A stretch of DNA of 27,555 bases from Thermoprotei archaeon (GTDB taxonomy: Archaea; Thermoproteota; Thermoprotei_A; Sulfolobales; WANQ01): NCBI GenBank assembly GCA_027038805.1, contig JALWGO010000233.1, positions 1 through 27,555 of the forward strand, given 5' to 3'. The position numbers and the translations under genes are program-made. Shown here piece by piece: positions 1 through 8,065 of the stretch (positions within the stretch are counted from its first letter, which is position 1; each line of letters begins with the position of its first letter). Under the pieces are notes generated by a model. It was given only the letters and a program-made list of their open reading frames with translations. It was not told the DNA's origin and did not search any database.

Positions 1-399
1 CCCTAAGGCCATGAGCTTTTAGGCTCATGGCCGAGAAATAAGCCCATAGAATACAAACCAATAACCAATCCCAAAAGAAGAGCCCTACCCAGACACCCCA
101 TCCCCTGGGAGCCCTCGAAGCCCAAGGGATCTCCCCCAAAGGAAACCCCCAGGTCTCTGGGGTGAGGGGTATACTCCTGCTCCCCTCGGGTCTTATCTTA
201 CCCGAGGGTGAGGGAGCTACCCCGTGAGGCTGATCCCTCCCCCCAGCTCAGTCCCGGGGGTTTCCCGGGGAGTCCCGGCTTCTTGGGCCCCCTTGGGCGG
301 GGTTGTTCTGGGCGGGGCTCTTCTTTTGGGATTGGTTATTGGTTTGTATTCTATGGGCTTATTTCTCGGCCATGAGCCTAAAAGCTCATGGCCTTAGGG
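1..399. repeat. Long inverted repeat: perfect 85-bp arms (1-85 / 315-399) enclosing an imperfect GC-rich fold-back centred near 192-199
   Basis: 1-85 is the exact reverse complement of 315-399. Inner stems include 117-122/277-282 (gaagcc/ggcttc), 131-136/267-272, 141-150/256-265 (ggaaaccccc/gggggtttcc), 157-162/241-246, 179-184/212-217 and 184-191/200-207. The left arm runs to the window edge, so its true length is unknown. Confidence 0.95.
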
Positions 400-444
400 C
401 CTAGGAGCTTTACTGCTCCTAGGGAGTTATCTAGGAGCAGATAA
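7..444. repeat. Set of short palindromes with 6-nt spacers (7-32, 368-393, 400-423, 427-444)
   Basis: ggccatgagc-ttttag-gctcatggcc; ggccatgagc-ctaaaa-gctcatggcc; cctaggagc-tttact-gctcctagg; ttatct-aggagc-agataa. Confidence 0.9.
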
Positions 445-445
445 T

Positions 446-668
446 CCCAACCCAAACCCAGAGATATGACGGAGCCCAAGGATTCCGCCGGACTCGGGGG
501 AGCCTGGAGGGAGAGGCAGCTTGCCCGCGGGGCTGTCTTCTCCTTCTGGGTTCCCCCGAGTTGAATCCTTGGGCTCCGTGGGGCCGGGCGACGGTTGCCA
601 GGGGCCTCGGGCTACCGGCGGGCTCGGGGTTTCCTGGGGCCGTTGTCTGGCCTCGGTTGGGTTGGGGG
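446..668 (+). ncRNA. Candidate highly structured non-coding RNA segment (three-way junction with two long hairpins), family unassigned
   Basis: Closing stem 446-455/657-666. Hairpin 469-579 has a perfect 17-bp base (469-485/563-579) and a ~29-bp inner stem with 5 G:U pairs. Hairpin 582-652 has about 10 G:U pairs. The segment is GC-rich in an AT-rich genome and has no credible ORF. Confidence 0.6.
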
Positions 669-673
669 CCAGT

Positions 674-690
674 CTTCTCTTTTTGTTTGT
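674..690 (+). terminator. Pyrimidine/T-tract, putative archaeal transcription terminator
   Basis: cttctctttttgtttgt lies immediately after the closing stem of the structured region. Confidence 0.45.
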
Positions 691-717
691 CTACAGTTTT
701 CATTGCGTTCTATGTTA

Positions 718-735
718 GAGAAAGTGTTTTTATAT
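718..735 (+). promoter_or_regulatory. Putative BRE/TATA promoter of the MFS gene
   Basis: gagaaagtgTTTTTATAt about 55 nt upstream of ATG 789, with a gtggtg RBS-like motif at ~772-777. Confidence 0.45.
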
Positions 736-788
736 TTGCGTATAGTTATTTTTGTAGTTAGAGTTAGTATTGTGGTGTCTAGTATTTC

Positions 789-2009
789 ATGAGGTACCTT
801 GAAGCCGGTCTTGATAGGAAGTGTGGTGGTAACGTTGGTGTTGTTATCTGTTTGATGGCTTATACTGTTTTTACTGCTTCTTTTTCTCTTTTAGGTATGT
901 TTGTATACCAGTATCTTTTCAGTAGGGTTACTGTTTCGAATGTTACCTTTATGCTTGCATTGTTTTCTGTATTATATATTTTCTCTATGATTATCGCTGG
1001 TGTTTTTATTGACTTGTTTGGGGGAGAGAAATTTATTATGGTTTCTTTTTCCTTGCTGACTTCTTTCTTATTAACTATTACTGCTATATATGTATCCGAT
1101 GGGTTAACCTCTAATACTATTACAGCCTTGCTCGCCTGTACTATTGCCTGGCTTCCCATTGCTTTGGGCTCCTATATTCGTAGCCATATTGATGTTTCAT
1201 GTCGTGGTACCATTTATGGGCTTGGAACTGGTGTTGGTAGTCTGATTGCTTTCGGACTATATAATTTGATTAATGTTTTCCCTCTACGTGTTATTATAGC
1301 ATTAGTGGGTGTTATTATAGCAGCTGCTGGTATAGCCGTATTATTATTAGTTGAGAATGGAATGTGGTTTAAGAGAAGAGTGTTTAAACCATCTCAGCTA
1401 TTTTATCGCCGAGTGCCTTCTCTTAGTTTAGGTATTTTTGTCTTTTATACTATGGCTGGTTTTGTGAGCGTAAAGCTTTACCCAATGCTTGGAGAATTTT
1501 CACTTAGTATTATGGCTTATACCGTAACCGTACCCTACCTGGTATTTGTTATAACTGCTGGTTTCCTCATAGACTTTATTGGTAGAAGACCTATAGGGGT
1601 AACCGGGTTCATTATACTTAGCATTGGCAATACGTTTCTCGCATTATTTGAGGATAGCTCCTCTATACTGTTTTCAACTATTATACCATTGATTATTATT
1701 AGAGTAGCATATAGTTTTATAGACGTCTACTCCGTTGTAACGCTAATAGACTTGGCTGGGAGGAGAAGTAAGGGGATCACAATCGCGATTGGGTTAACGG
1801 CTATGTCCACTGGTATTCTCTTAGGCTCGCTTCTAGCCGGGCTTGTAGAGGCTAGTAGGCTTGGAGTAATCATGGGTACGTTGATATTGATTGCCTCAAT
1901 ATATATCGTTTTGAGAATACCCGAGACGCTGCCTAAGAGGACGGTAAAGAAGGATGAGATATTAAAATATATTGATAAGGCTAAGAAGATCGCTGAGAAA
2001 GAATTGTAA
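789..2009 (+). CDS. MFS-fold multi-pass membrane protein
   Basis: About 12 hydrophobic segments, MFS loop motifs GVFIDLFGGEK and GFLIDFIGRRP, a PETLP motif after the last TM and a charged C-terminal helix. Confidence 0.8.
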   Translation: MRYLEAGLDRKCGGNVGVVICLMAYTVFTASFSLLGMFVYQYLFSRVTVSNVTFMLALFSVLYIFSMIIAGVFIDLFGGEKFIMVSFSLLTSFLLTITAIYVSDGLTSNTITALLACTIAWLPIALGSYIRSHIDVSCRGTIYGLGTGVGSLIAFGLYNLINVFPLRVIIALVGVIIAAAGIAVLLLVENGMWFKRRVFKPSQLFYRRVPSLSLGIFVFYTMAGFVSVKLYPMLGEFSLSIMAYTVTVPYLVFVITAGFLIDFIGRRPIGVTGFIILSIGNTFLALFEDSSSILFSTIIPLIIIRVAYSFIDVYSVVTLIDLAGRRSKGITIAIGLTAMSTGILLGSLLAGLVEASRLGVIMGTLILIASIYIVLRIPETLPKRTVKKDEILKYIDKAKKIAEKEL

Positions 2010-2772
2010 TCCTATCAGCTATACTCTCTATTATCCTTGTAAACGGGTGGTCGGGTCTAGATAACACTAGGTATTCTACGCCATTACTGAGGACTACATC
2101 GTTGTAGTATGGTACTGCTGCTAGTAAGGGTATTTTGAGCTCACTCGATATTTTCTCTCCGAGTTCGATTGCTTGGCTTATGTCTGGTGTTGGAGTCTTA
2201 TTTACCACTAAGTAGGACTTCGTTTTTATCGTATCGTATATCTCCTTTATGAAGGCTAGGGCTCCCTTAATATCAACTCTATCTGGTACAACGACCAGTA
2301 TTATGTTATCGCTTGCTATGAGAGCGTTTATCGAGGAGTAATGTATTCCAGGACTTGTATCAAAGAAAATATAGTCGTATTCTTCTCCCAAGGTCTTTCT
2401 TATGCGTATTAGTTTTTTGAGCGCATTCATCTCCCATCTACGGGACTTTCCTAGGGTCTCCTTTATAGCATCTATATCTGGGTTTGCAAGACTCGCCTTA
2501 AACTTGCCCTTTAATCCAAACTCGTCTGTTAAGTCTATGAGTGTTTCCTCAAAGCCGCACTCGTCTTCGAGGTAGTCATTTATCCAGTATCTTACTGACG
2601 GTTCTCGTAGCATGTAGTAGAGGCTTGGAGCCCTCATGTCAAGGTCTACTAATAGTACATTGTATCCTTTTTTTGCAAGCATTAGGGAGAGGTTTAGTGA
2701 GAGAACACTTTTACCCGAGCCTCCTCGATGTGAGTGAATTGTATATATTGTTGCATTCAAGCAGGTGTACAC
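1981..2772 (-). CDS. MinD/ParA-family P-loop ATPase (likely start TTG at 2760)
   Basis: Deviant Walker A HSHRGGSGKS, VDLD motif, Walker B IFFDTSPG, C-terminal VPYYNDV...E segment. A ggggtg RBS-like motif precedes TTG 2760. Confidence 0.9.
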   Translation of the reverse strand: MYTCLNATIYTIHSHRGGSGKSVLSLNLSLMLAKKGYNVLLVDLDMRAPSLYYMLREPSVRYWINDYLEDECGFEETLIDLTDEFGLKGKFKASLANPDIDAIKETLGKSRRWEMNALKKLIRIRKTLGEEYDYIFFDTSPGIHYSSINALIASDNIILVVVPDRVDIKGALAFIKEIYDTIKTKSYLVVNKTPTPDISQAIELGEKISSELKIPLLAAVPYYNDVVLSNGVEYLVLSRPDHPFTRIIESIADRITILSQRSS

Positions 2773-2821
2773 CCCATTTTACTATTCTATTATGGTGTTA
2801 TAGGATATTATATCTATCCCG

Positions 2822-3247
2822 CTACTCGCGGGGAAAGTAGAAGTACACTTTCCTCCCCTTCCTCTTCTTTGCTATATACCCCATAGCTACTAGCTGGTTC
2901 AGATAAGCGCTTTCAACTGCTCTAGCTCTACCAGTCTCTCTTGAAACCTCTTCTGCTGTTGCCTCTCCTCCAAGTTTAGCTAGCGCTATAGCTGTTCTAC
3001 GCAAGTGATCTGGAAGTGATAGTAGGGTTATTGCATCTAAGTACTCAGTTAGCTGGCTATATGCTTCTGGCGCCTCCGGCATTGCATGCGGTTTTCTTTC
3101 GAGCATGTCTATTATTCTCTCTAATAATGTTATGATGCGATCTAGCTTAGCGTTTAATGCATGGTATATGTCGTCTCGATTCACTATATTCTCTAGATGA
3201 CTTGAACTGTTCCTATTTTTCTCCAAGGTGTGATCAACTCTAGGCAA
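2822..3247 (-). CDS. Winged helix-turn-helix DNA-binding protein with N-terminal coiled coil
   Basis: LSLPDHLRRTA...ATAEEVSRETGRARAVESAYLNQLVAMGYI-KKRKGRKVYF is a wHTH with wing. LNAKLDRIITLLERIIDML is heptad-like. The start is uncertain. Confidence 0.85.
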   Translation of the reverse strand: MPRVDHTLEKNRNSSSHLENIVNRDDIYHALNAKLDRIITLLERIIDMLERKPHAMPEAPEAYSQLTEYLDAITLLSLPDHLRRTAIALAKLGGEATAEEVSRETGRARAVESAYLNQLVAMGYIAKKRKGRKVYFYFPRE

Positions 3248-3326
3248 TGTACTTATACTAGGCTACATATTATATGGTAAGCATGTTATAAAAGTGTTTT
3301 TAAGTTGAACAACTGCACATAAGTTC

Positions 3327-4118
3327 TTACCGGAAGCCCGGCCGTATCGGTGGTGGGGGATATTGTTCTTCTTCTAATACTATGTTCTTTACCGAGTTGA
3401 ATGCTAGCATGCTTATTATTGACGCTATGATTCCGAGTATAAAGCCTATTATACCAGCTAGCAATGCTGATCCAAGCATGCCTAATAGTTCTGTAGTTAT
3501 CTCGCTCGGTAATACTCCACTAGATATATTGGTTAATGATGTATTGTTTACAATTGCTATCCCGGTTTCACCTATACTACCAGCTATTATAGCTGGCAAG
3601 ATCTTCGCGATAGCATGTATTATTAGGACTAATGCTATTACCCTTGCAATAAAGGCTGCACTCCACGTAAACATCGCGTACTTAAAGGTTGATATATTTA
3701 GGAGCTTATAGGCCTTATAATGAGCTATTATGTGGAAAAACTCGCCGACCAGATATATTTCAAGTGCAACTACTATTGCCACGATCAACGAGTTTACAAA
3801 TGTTTGAGCATCCATAATACTAGTACTAGAAGCATTTACAGTTAAAGTAGCCGACGATATTGCCATGAAAACTCCGATTATACCAGCAGCAATAGCTATT
3901 ATGGGCGCTAAGATTAAGATCAAGCCTATTATCTTCAACGAGGATGCTCGGGCCCACCCGCCTAGCAGAAACCATGCCACCCCAACTATGATCCAACCGA
4001 TAAATCCGACTATTATGCCGAAAACAAATAATCCTAGAAGAGAGCCTACGAGCAATAGAATGTATCCTATGAGTCCTAGATTAGCTATAGTCTCCTTACT
4101 AGCCATAAGCCTAACCAC
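3327..4118 (-). CDS. Multi-pass membrane protein (DUF973/DUF996-like) with Pro-rich C-tail; likely start ATG 4106
   Basis: About 6 TM segments, an N-terminal LGLIGYILLLVG pattern and a C-terminal QYPPPPIRPGFR. Confidence 0.7.
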   Translation of the reverse strand: MVRLMASKETIANLGLIGYILLLVGSLLGLFVFGIIVGFIGWIIVGVAWFLLGGWARASSLKIIGLILILAPIIAIAAGIIGVFMAISSATLTVNASSTSIMDAQTFVNSLIVAIVVALEIYLVGEFFHIIAHYKAYKLLNISTFKYAMFTWSAAFIARVIALVLIIHAIAKILPAIIAGSIGETGIAIVNNTSLTNISSGVLPSEITTELLGMLGSALLAGIIGFILGIIASIISMLAFNSVKNIVLEEEQYPPPPIRPGFR

Positions 4119-4218
4119 TCTCTACTACTAGCCTAAACATAGGTGGCTGGCATCTTAATTCTTTCTGCAGGAAAACTAGTATAGTTTCCCTCTACACATT
4201 ATCACTAGGGTCAAGGAA

Positions 4219-5589
4219 GTGGCTGGTAAGAGTAAATGGGATCCGAGTATAATAGCTGGTAAACTATTGGATGGAGAATTAGGAGTATCTGTTTACGGAT
4301 TAGGCTATATAGGGCTAGGAGTTCTAGCCGTACTAGCTAGAGCTCGAGTAAAGAGAATTTACGGAGTAGACATAGATGAAGGGAAATTAAGAAAACTGTC
4401 TAGAGGAGAAATAAGACACCCCGATAAACTCGTTGTCGAATGGATTAAAAAGGGATTAGAGGAGGGAAGAATCACTTTAACTAGTAATGGCGTTGACGCA
4501 TCAAGGGAGACGGATATAAAGATAGTTGACGTCCCCCTAGGCTTGACTAGTAGTGGGGAACCCGATTACACTAGTATTGATGCCGCCTTAGAAAGCATTG
4601 GCAAGGGATTAAAGCATGGGGATCTAGTAATAGTTGAGACAACGCTTCCACCACTAGCATTAAGAGAACACGTTAAACCATTACTCGAAGACGTGAGTGG
4701 GCTTAGAGTAGGTGATGACTTCTACTTAGCTTATAGTCCCGAAAGGGTGATGATTGAGAGAATAGTATATGATATCGAGGAGGCTTACCCCAAACTCATT
4801 GGAGGATTAGACAAGGATAGTATAGAGTATGCTAGAGCATTCTACCAAGTCTTCACGCGCAAAGGAGTGATTACCGAGGACGCACTAGTAGTAGAACTCG
4901 CAAAGATATTCGAGGCAATATACCGTGACGTAAACATAGCTTTAGCCAATGAGCTAGCATGGATAACTAGAAAGCTTGGAGCAAGCTATGAAAGGGTAAA
5001 GAAGCTGGCTTCAACAAACCCCTACGTACACCTCCATAACCCTGGCTCGGGTGTGGGAGGAGCCTGTCTTCCCGTCTACCCATACTTTCTACTCGATAAA
5101 GCCGAGAAAAATAACATGGAATTAAGACTAGTAGCTACAGCGAGACGCGTAAATAGTTTACAGCCTAAGAGGATTATAGAACTAGTTCAAGAAGCATCAA
5201 ACAAGCTCAGCTTACCTAAACCTAGAATCCTAGTGCTTGGCGTAGCTTATCGTGGCGGTATTTGGGATACAAGGAATTCTCCAAGTCTTGAAATCATAAA
5301 ACTCCTAAAGGAAAAAGGATTCAATGTTAGAGTAAGCGATCCATACTATGAGGGCACAGTACTAGGCATTAGAGTGGTAGGAGACTCTGAGAGCGCTATT
5401 AGAGGAGTAGACATAATAATTGTTGCGACATGTCATCCACAATATAGGTATCTATCAACTAGAAGACTACTAGAGGCTTCAGGCAAAGATAAAATAGTAG
5501 TAATAGATTCATGCAATATTATCAAGTTAGAGCCCACTCACGGAAGAATACTATATACCAGTGTTGGGAGCCCATGGACTAGTATCTAG
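4219..5589 (+). CDS. Nucleotide-sugar dehydrogenase (UDP-ManNAc/UDP-GlcNAc 6-dehydrogenase, WecC/WbpO-like)
   Basis: Rossmann VYGLGYIG, VETT-PP, AYSPER, AK-FE--YRDVNIALANE, catalytic GGACLP, LG-AYR...DTRNSP. Confidence 0.92.
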   Translation: MAGKSKWDPSIIAGKLLDGELGVSVYGLGYIGLGVLAVLARARVKRIYGVDIDEGKLRKLSRGEIRHPDKLVVEWIKKGLEEGRITLTSNGVDASRETDIKIVDVPLGLTSSGEPDYTSIDAALESIGKGLKHGDLVIVETTLPPLALREHVKPLLEDVSGLRVGDDFYLAYSPERVMIERIVYDIEEAYPKLIGGLDKDSIEYARAFYQVFTRKGVITEDALVVELAKIFEAIYRDVNIALANELAWITRKLGASYERVKKLASTNPYVHLHNPGSGVGGACLPVYPYFLLDKAEKNNMELRLVATARRVNSLQPKRIIELVQEASNKLSLPKPRILVLGVAYRGGIWDTRNSPSLEIIKLLKEKGFNVRVSDPYYEGTVLGIRVVGDSESAIRGVDIIIVATCHPQYRYLSTRRLLEASGKDKIVVIDSCNIIKLEPTHGRILYTSVGSPWTSI

Positions 5590-5634
5590 ACTTTTTAATA
5601 TGTTCAACACATATTCTAGTGAGGAGTAATCTAC

Positions 5635-6492
5635 GTGGAGATAAGACAACCAAATATAATTAAAACATTGAAGCCGCATCCACTAGCCTTTACCCACCTA
5701 TACCTACTATGGATATACATTATTGTTTTAAGCGTTGTATTTTACTTATACCATGATACCATTGAATCCTATGCTGCCACAATACCGTTTCTGGGTACGT
5801 TGATTAAGGGTTATGCTACCCTAACCTTATGGGCTGTACTAATAGTCGTACCAATGCTCATAGTATCGGTTCTAAAAATCGTGTGGAAGTACTTTATACT
5901 AGGCATAGTGATAGGCATAGTCCTACCAATAATACTATGGTATTTCAAACAACCCCTCTACCCTATGCTATATTATACTGGCATAGCTATAGGCGTCATC
6001 GGTATCATAGGAGTAGAACTACATAGAAGAGCACACAGATTCATTATAACGGATAGAGGAATAGTCATGGAGTACCGGGGACTGAGAACTCTAAGAAGAG
6101 AAATACTATACTCCAATATAACTGATATAGTCTTAGAGAAGGGAATACTTGGAAAAATATTCAATTTTGGAAACATAATACCGATAACAGCTTCCGGACT
6201 AGGACTAGGAGAAGATTCATCCCACGTAGCAGTGGGAGCAGCCGTAGGAAAGACAGTAACCGTTGGAGGAGCAGTAATAGGGGGACGGGGAGTAAATGTT
6301 CCGAGAACAAGGAGCTTCTTCATGCTCTACGCAGTGCCAAAACCCGAAGAAGTATACAATATAATCATAGAGGCTATGAGGGCTTCAGAAGAAGCCCCCT
6401 ATCTAAGGAAAATCCTAGACACTCTCAAAAAACAACAAGGTGGATCCGGATCACAACAACCACCTCCACCACCGCCTCCTCCACCAAAATAG
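5635..6492 (+). CDS. Membrane protein with bacterial-type PH domain (bPH_2-like) and poly-Pro C-terminus
   Basis: N-terminal TMs followed by FIITDRGIV...REILYSNITDIVLEKGILGKIFNFGNI, typical of bPH. Ends in nine prolines. gaggag RBS precedes the GTG start. Confidence 0.8.
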   Translation: MEIRQPNIIKTLKPHPLAFTHLYLLWIYIIVLSVVFYLYHDTIESYAATIPFLGTLIKGYATLTLWAVLIVVPMLIVSVLKIVWKYFILGIVIGIVLPIILWYFKQPLYPMLYYTGIAIGVIGIIGVELHRRAHRFIITDRGIVMEYRGLRTLRREILYSNITDIVLEKGILGKIFNFGNIIPITASGLGLGEDSSHVAVGAAVGKTVTVGGAVIGGRGVNVPRTRSFFMLYAVPKPEEVYNIIIEAMRASEEAPYLRKILDTLKKQQGGSGSQQPPPPPPPPPK

Positions 6493-6610
6493 CGTATCGG
6501 AAAACACCTAGTGGATGACTGGACAGCGGAAATAGTTTTTAGGAGTGGAGTTTTTTACACGTAAATTCTTTAAGGCTCTGAGAACACTGATTATCCTAGA
6601 AGAATTTTAG

Positions 6611-8065
6611 TTGAGGCGTTATTTGTTGAGTTTAGAAGATCTTGTATTATATGCTGTAGACTATGCTAGAGAGCTTGGCGCGAGTTATGCTGAAGCCCGC
6701 TACCATAAGAATACTAGTTTCTCTATAGTTTCAAGGAACGGTACTATAATGGGTGCTGGCCAAGAGTTAAAGGAGGGTATTGGGATAAGAGTACTAGTTG
6801 ACGGTGCCCTAGGCTTCTCCGCTACAAATCAGTTAGATAACGAGAATGTTAGAGAAGCTGTTGAGAAAGCCTATAGACTGGCTAAAGCCCATGCCAGGCT
6901 AATGAAGAAGCCAATAGAGTTTGATGACTCTCGTGTCGGTAGGGCTAGGTATAGTGTGGTTGAGAAGAAGCCCTTCACGTCTATGAGTTTAGACGAAAAA
7001 ATTAATGTACACCGTGAGCTATGGGATATAGTCTCTAGGGCTCCAAGTGAGGCTAAGGTACCAGTATTTTTCTTAAACTATATTGAAAGCATTGAAGAGA
7101 AAATAGTTGCTAACAGTGATGGAGCATTTATTGTCAGCCGTATTCCAAGGCTAACCGTATTCTATAATCTCGTGGTAATGTCGCCTCAACAAGGTAGTAT
7201 ACAGAGATTCGAGCAACTCGGAGCAAGCGGTGGATTAGAGAATCTCGAGGAATGGAGCCTCTATGAAACCCTTGACAACGATGTAAAAGTCTACGAGAAA
7301 ATACTCTACGAAGCAAAGGAACCGCCAAAACAAGAGGTAGATGTTATTGTTGGAAGCGAGGTTGTAGGACTAGTAGTACATGAAAGCTGTGGGCATCCAA
7401 GTGAAGCAGACCGTATATTGGGGAGAGAGGCAGCTCAGGCTGGTATGAGCTTTATTAAACCCGGCATGCTGGGTGAACGCATTGGTAATGAGAATGCTAC
7501 TGTTATAGATGACCCGACTATCCCCGGAAGCTATGGGTTCTATCTATACGATGATGAAGGTGTTCCAGCTAGGCCCAGATATCTTTACCGCAACGGCATA
7601 ATATACGAGCACCTACATAACAGGTGGACGGCTAAAATATACGGCACTCATAGTAATGCTGCCTCACGGGCCATGGACTATGCTAGCGAACCCATAATAC
7701 GTATGGCTAACACCTACTTCAAACCCGGAGACTACAGCTTCGAGGAACTATTAGAAGACGTTAAACTGGGAGTATACATTAAGAGCTACATGGAGTGGAA
7801 TATAGACGATACACGCTGGAGCCAGAGATATGTTGGACTAGAAGCCTATCTAGTAGAAAATGGTGAACTCAAAGGCTTCGTCAGAAACCCTGTATTAGAA
7901 GTTACAACCAAAGCCTTCTACAGCAAAGTAGATGCTGTCGGAAAAGAACTCCGATTCTATGCTGGCACATGCGGTAAAGGTGAACCAGCGCAAGGAGTAC
8001 CCGTGTGGTTTGGTGGACCAGATCTTCGTTTAAGAAAAATAAGATTGGGGGTGGCACCTAAATGA
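6611..8065 (+). CDS. tldD: TldD-family metalloprotease subunit
   Basis: HESCGH (HExxGH) zinc motif, DDPT...YDDEG, RMANTYF and C-terminal CGK. Overlaps the next gene by 4 nt (ATGA-type coupling). Confidence 0.93.
   Translation: MRRYLLSLEDLVLYAVDYARELGASYAEARYHKNTSFSIVSRNGTIMGAGQELKEGIGIRVLVDGALGFSATNQLDNENVREAVEKAYRLAKAHARLMKKPIEFDDSRVGRARYSVVEKKPFTSMSLDEKINVHRELWDIVSRAPSEAKVPVFFLNYIESIEEKIVANSDGAFIVSRIPRLTVFYNLVVMSPQQGSIQRFEQLGASGGLENLEEWSLYETLDNDVKVYEKILYEAKEPPKQEVDVIVGSEVVGLVVHESCGHPSEADRILGREAAQAGMSFIKPGMLGERIGNENATVIDDPTIPGSYGFYLYDDEGVPARPRYLYRNGIIYEHLHNRWTAKIYGTHSNAASRAMDYASEPIIRMANTYFKPGDYSFEELLEDVKLGVYIKSYMEWNIDDTRWSQRYVGLEAYLVENGELKGFVRNPVLEVTTKAFYSKVDAVGKELRFYAGTCGKGEPAQGVPVWFGGPDLRLRKIRLGVAPK

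Noticed and set aside
1-690. SRP (7S) RNA, RNase P RNA, tRNA or ORB-containing origin
   Set aside because: gacccgaggggagcagg (minus strand, ~177-193) only loosely resembles SRP helix 8 and lacks the GNRA loop. aggaaacccc resembles RNase P CR-I, but the other conserved regions were not found. There is no cloverleaf, no clear ORB repeat and no adjacent cdc6.
431-792. Four short ORFs (431-703 minus; 521-718, 561-761, 595-792 plus)
   Set aside because: They are G/P/R-rich shadows of the GC-rich stem-loops, overlap each other in several frames and show no recognisable motif.
2725-2748. Lys-to-Arg change in the MinD/ParA signature as a sign of pseudogenisation
   Set aside because: The ORF is full length with the other motifs intact, and I recall HSxRGGxGKS as a recurrent subfamily variant.
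6510-6600. Possible second C/D sRNA (gATGACT ... CTGA)
   Set aside because: Box spacing and the internal D'/C' boxes do not fit, and the region overlaps the likely tldD promoter.
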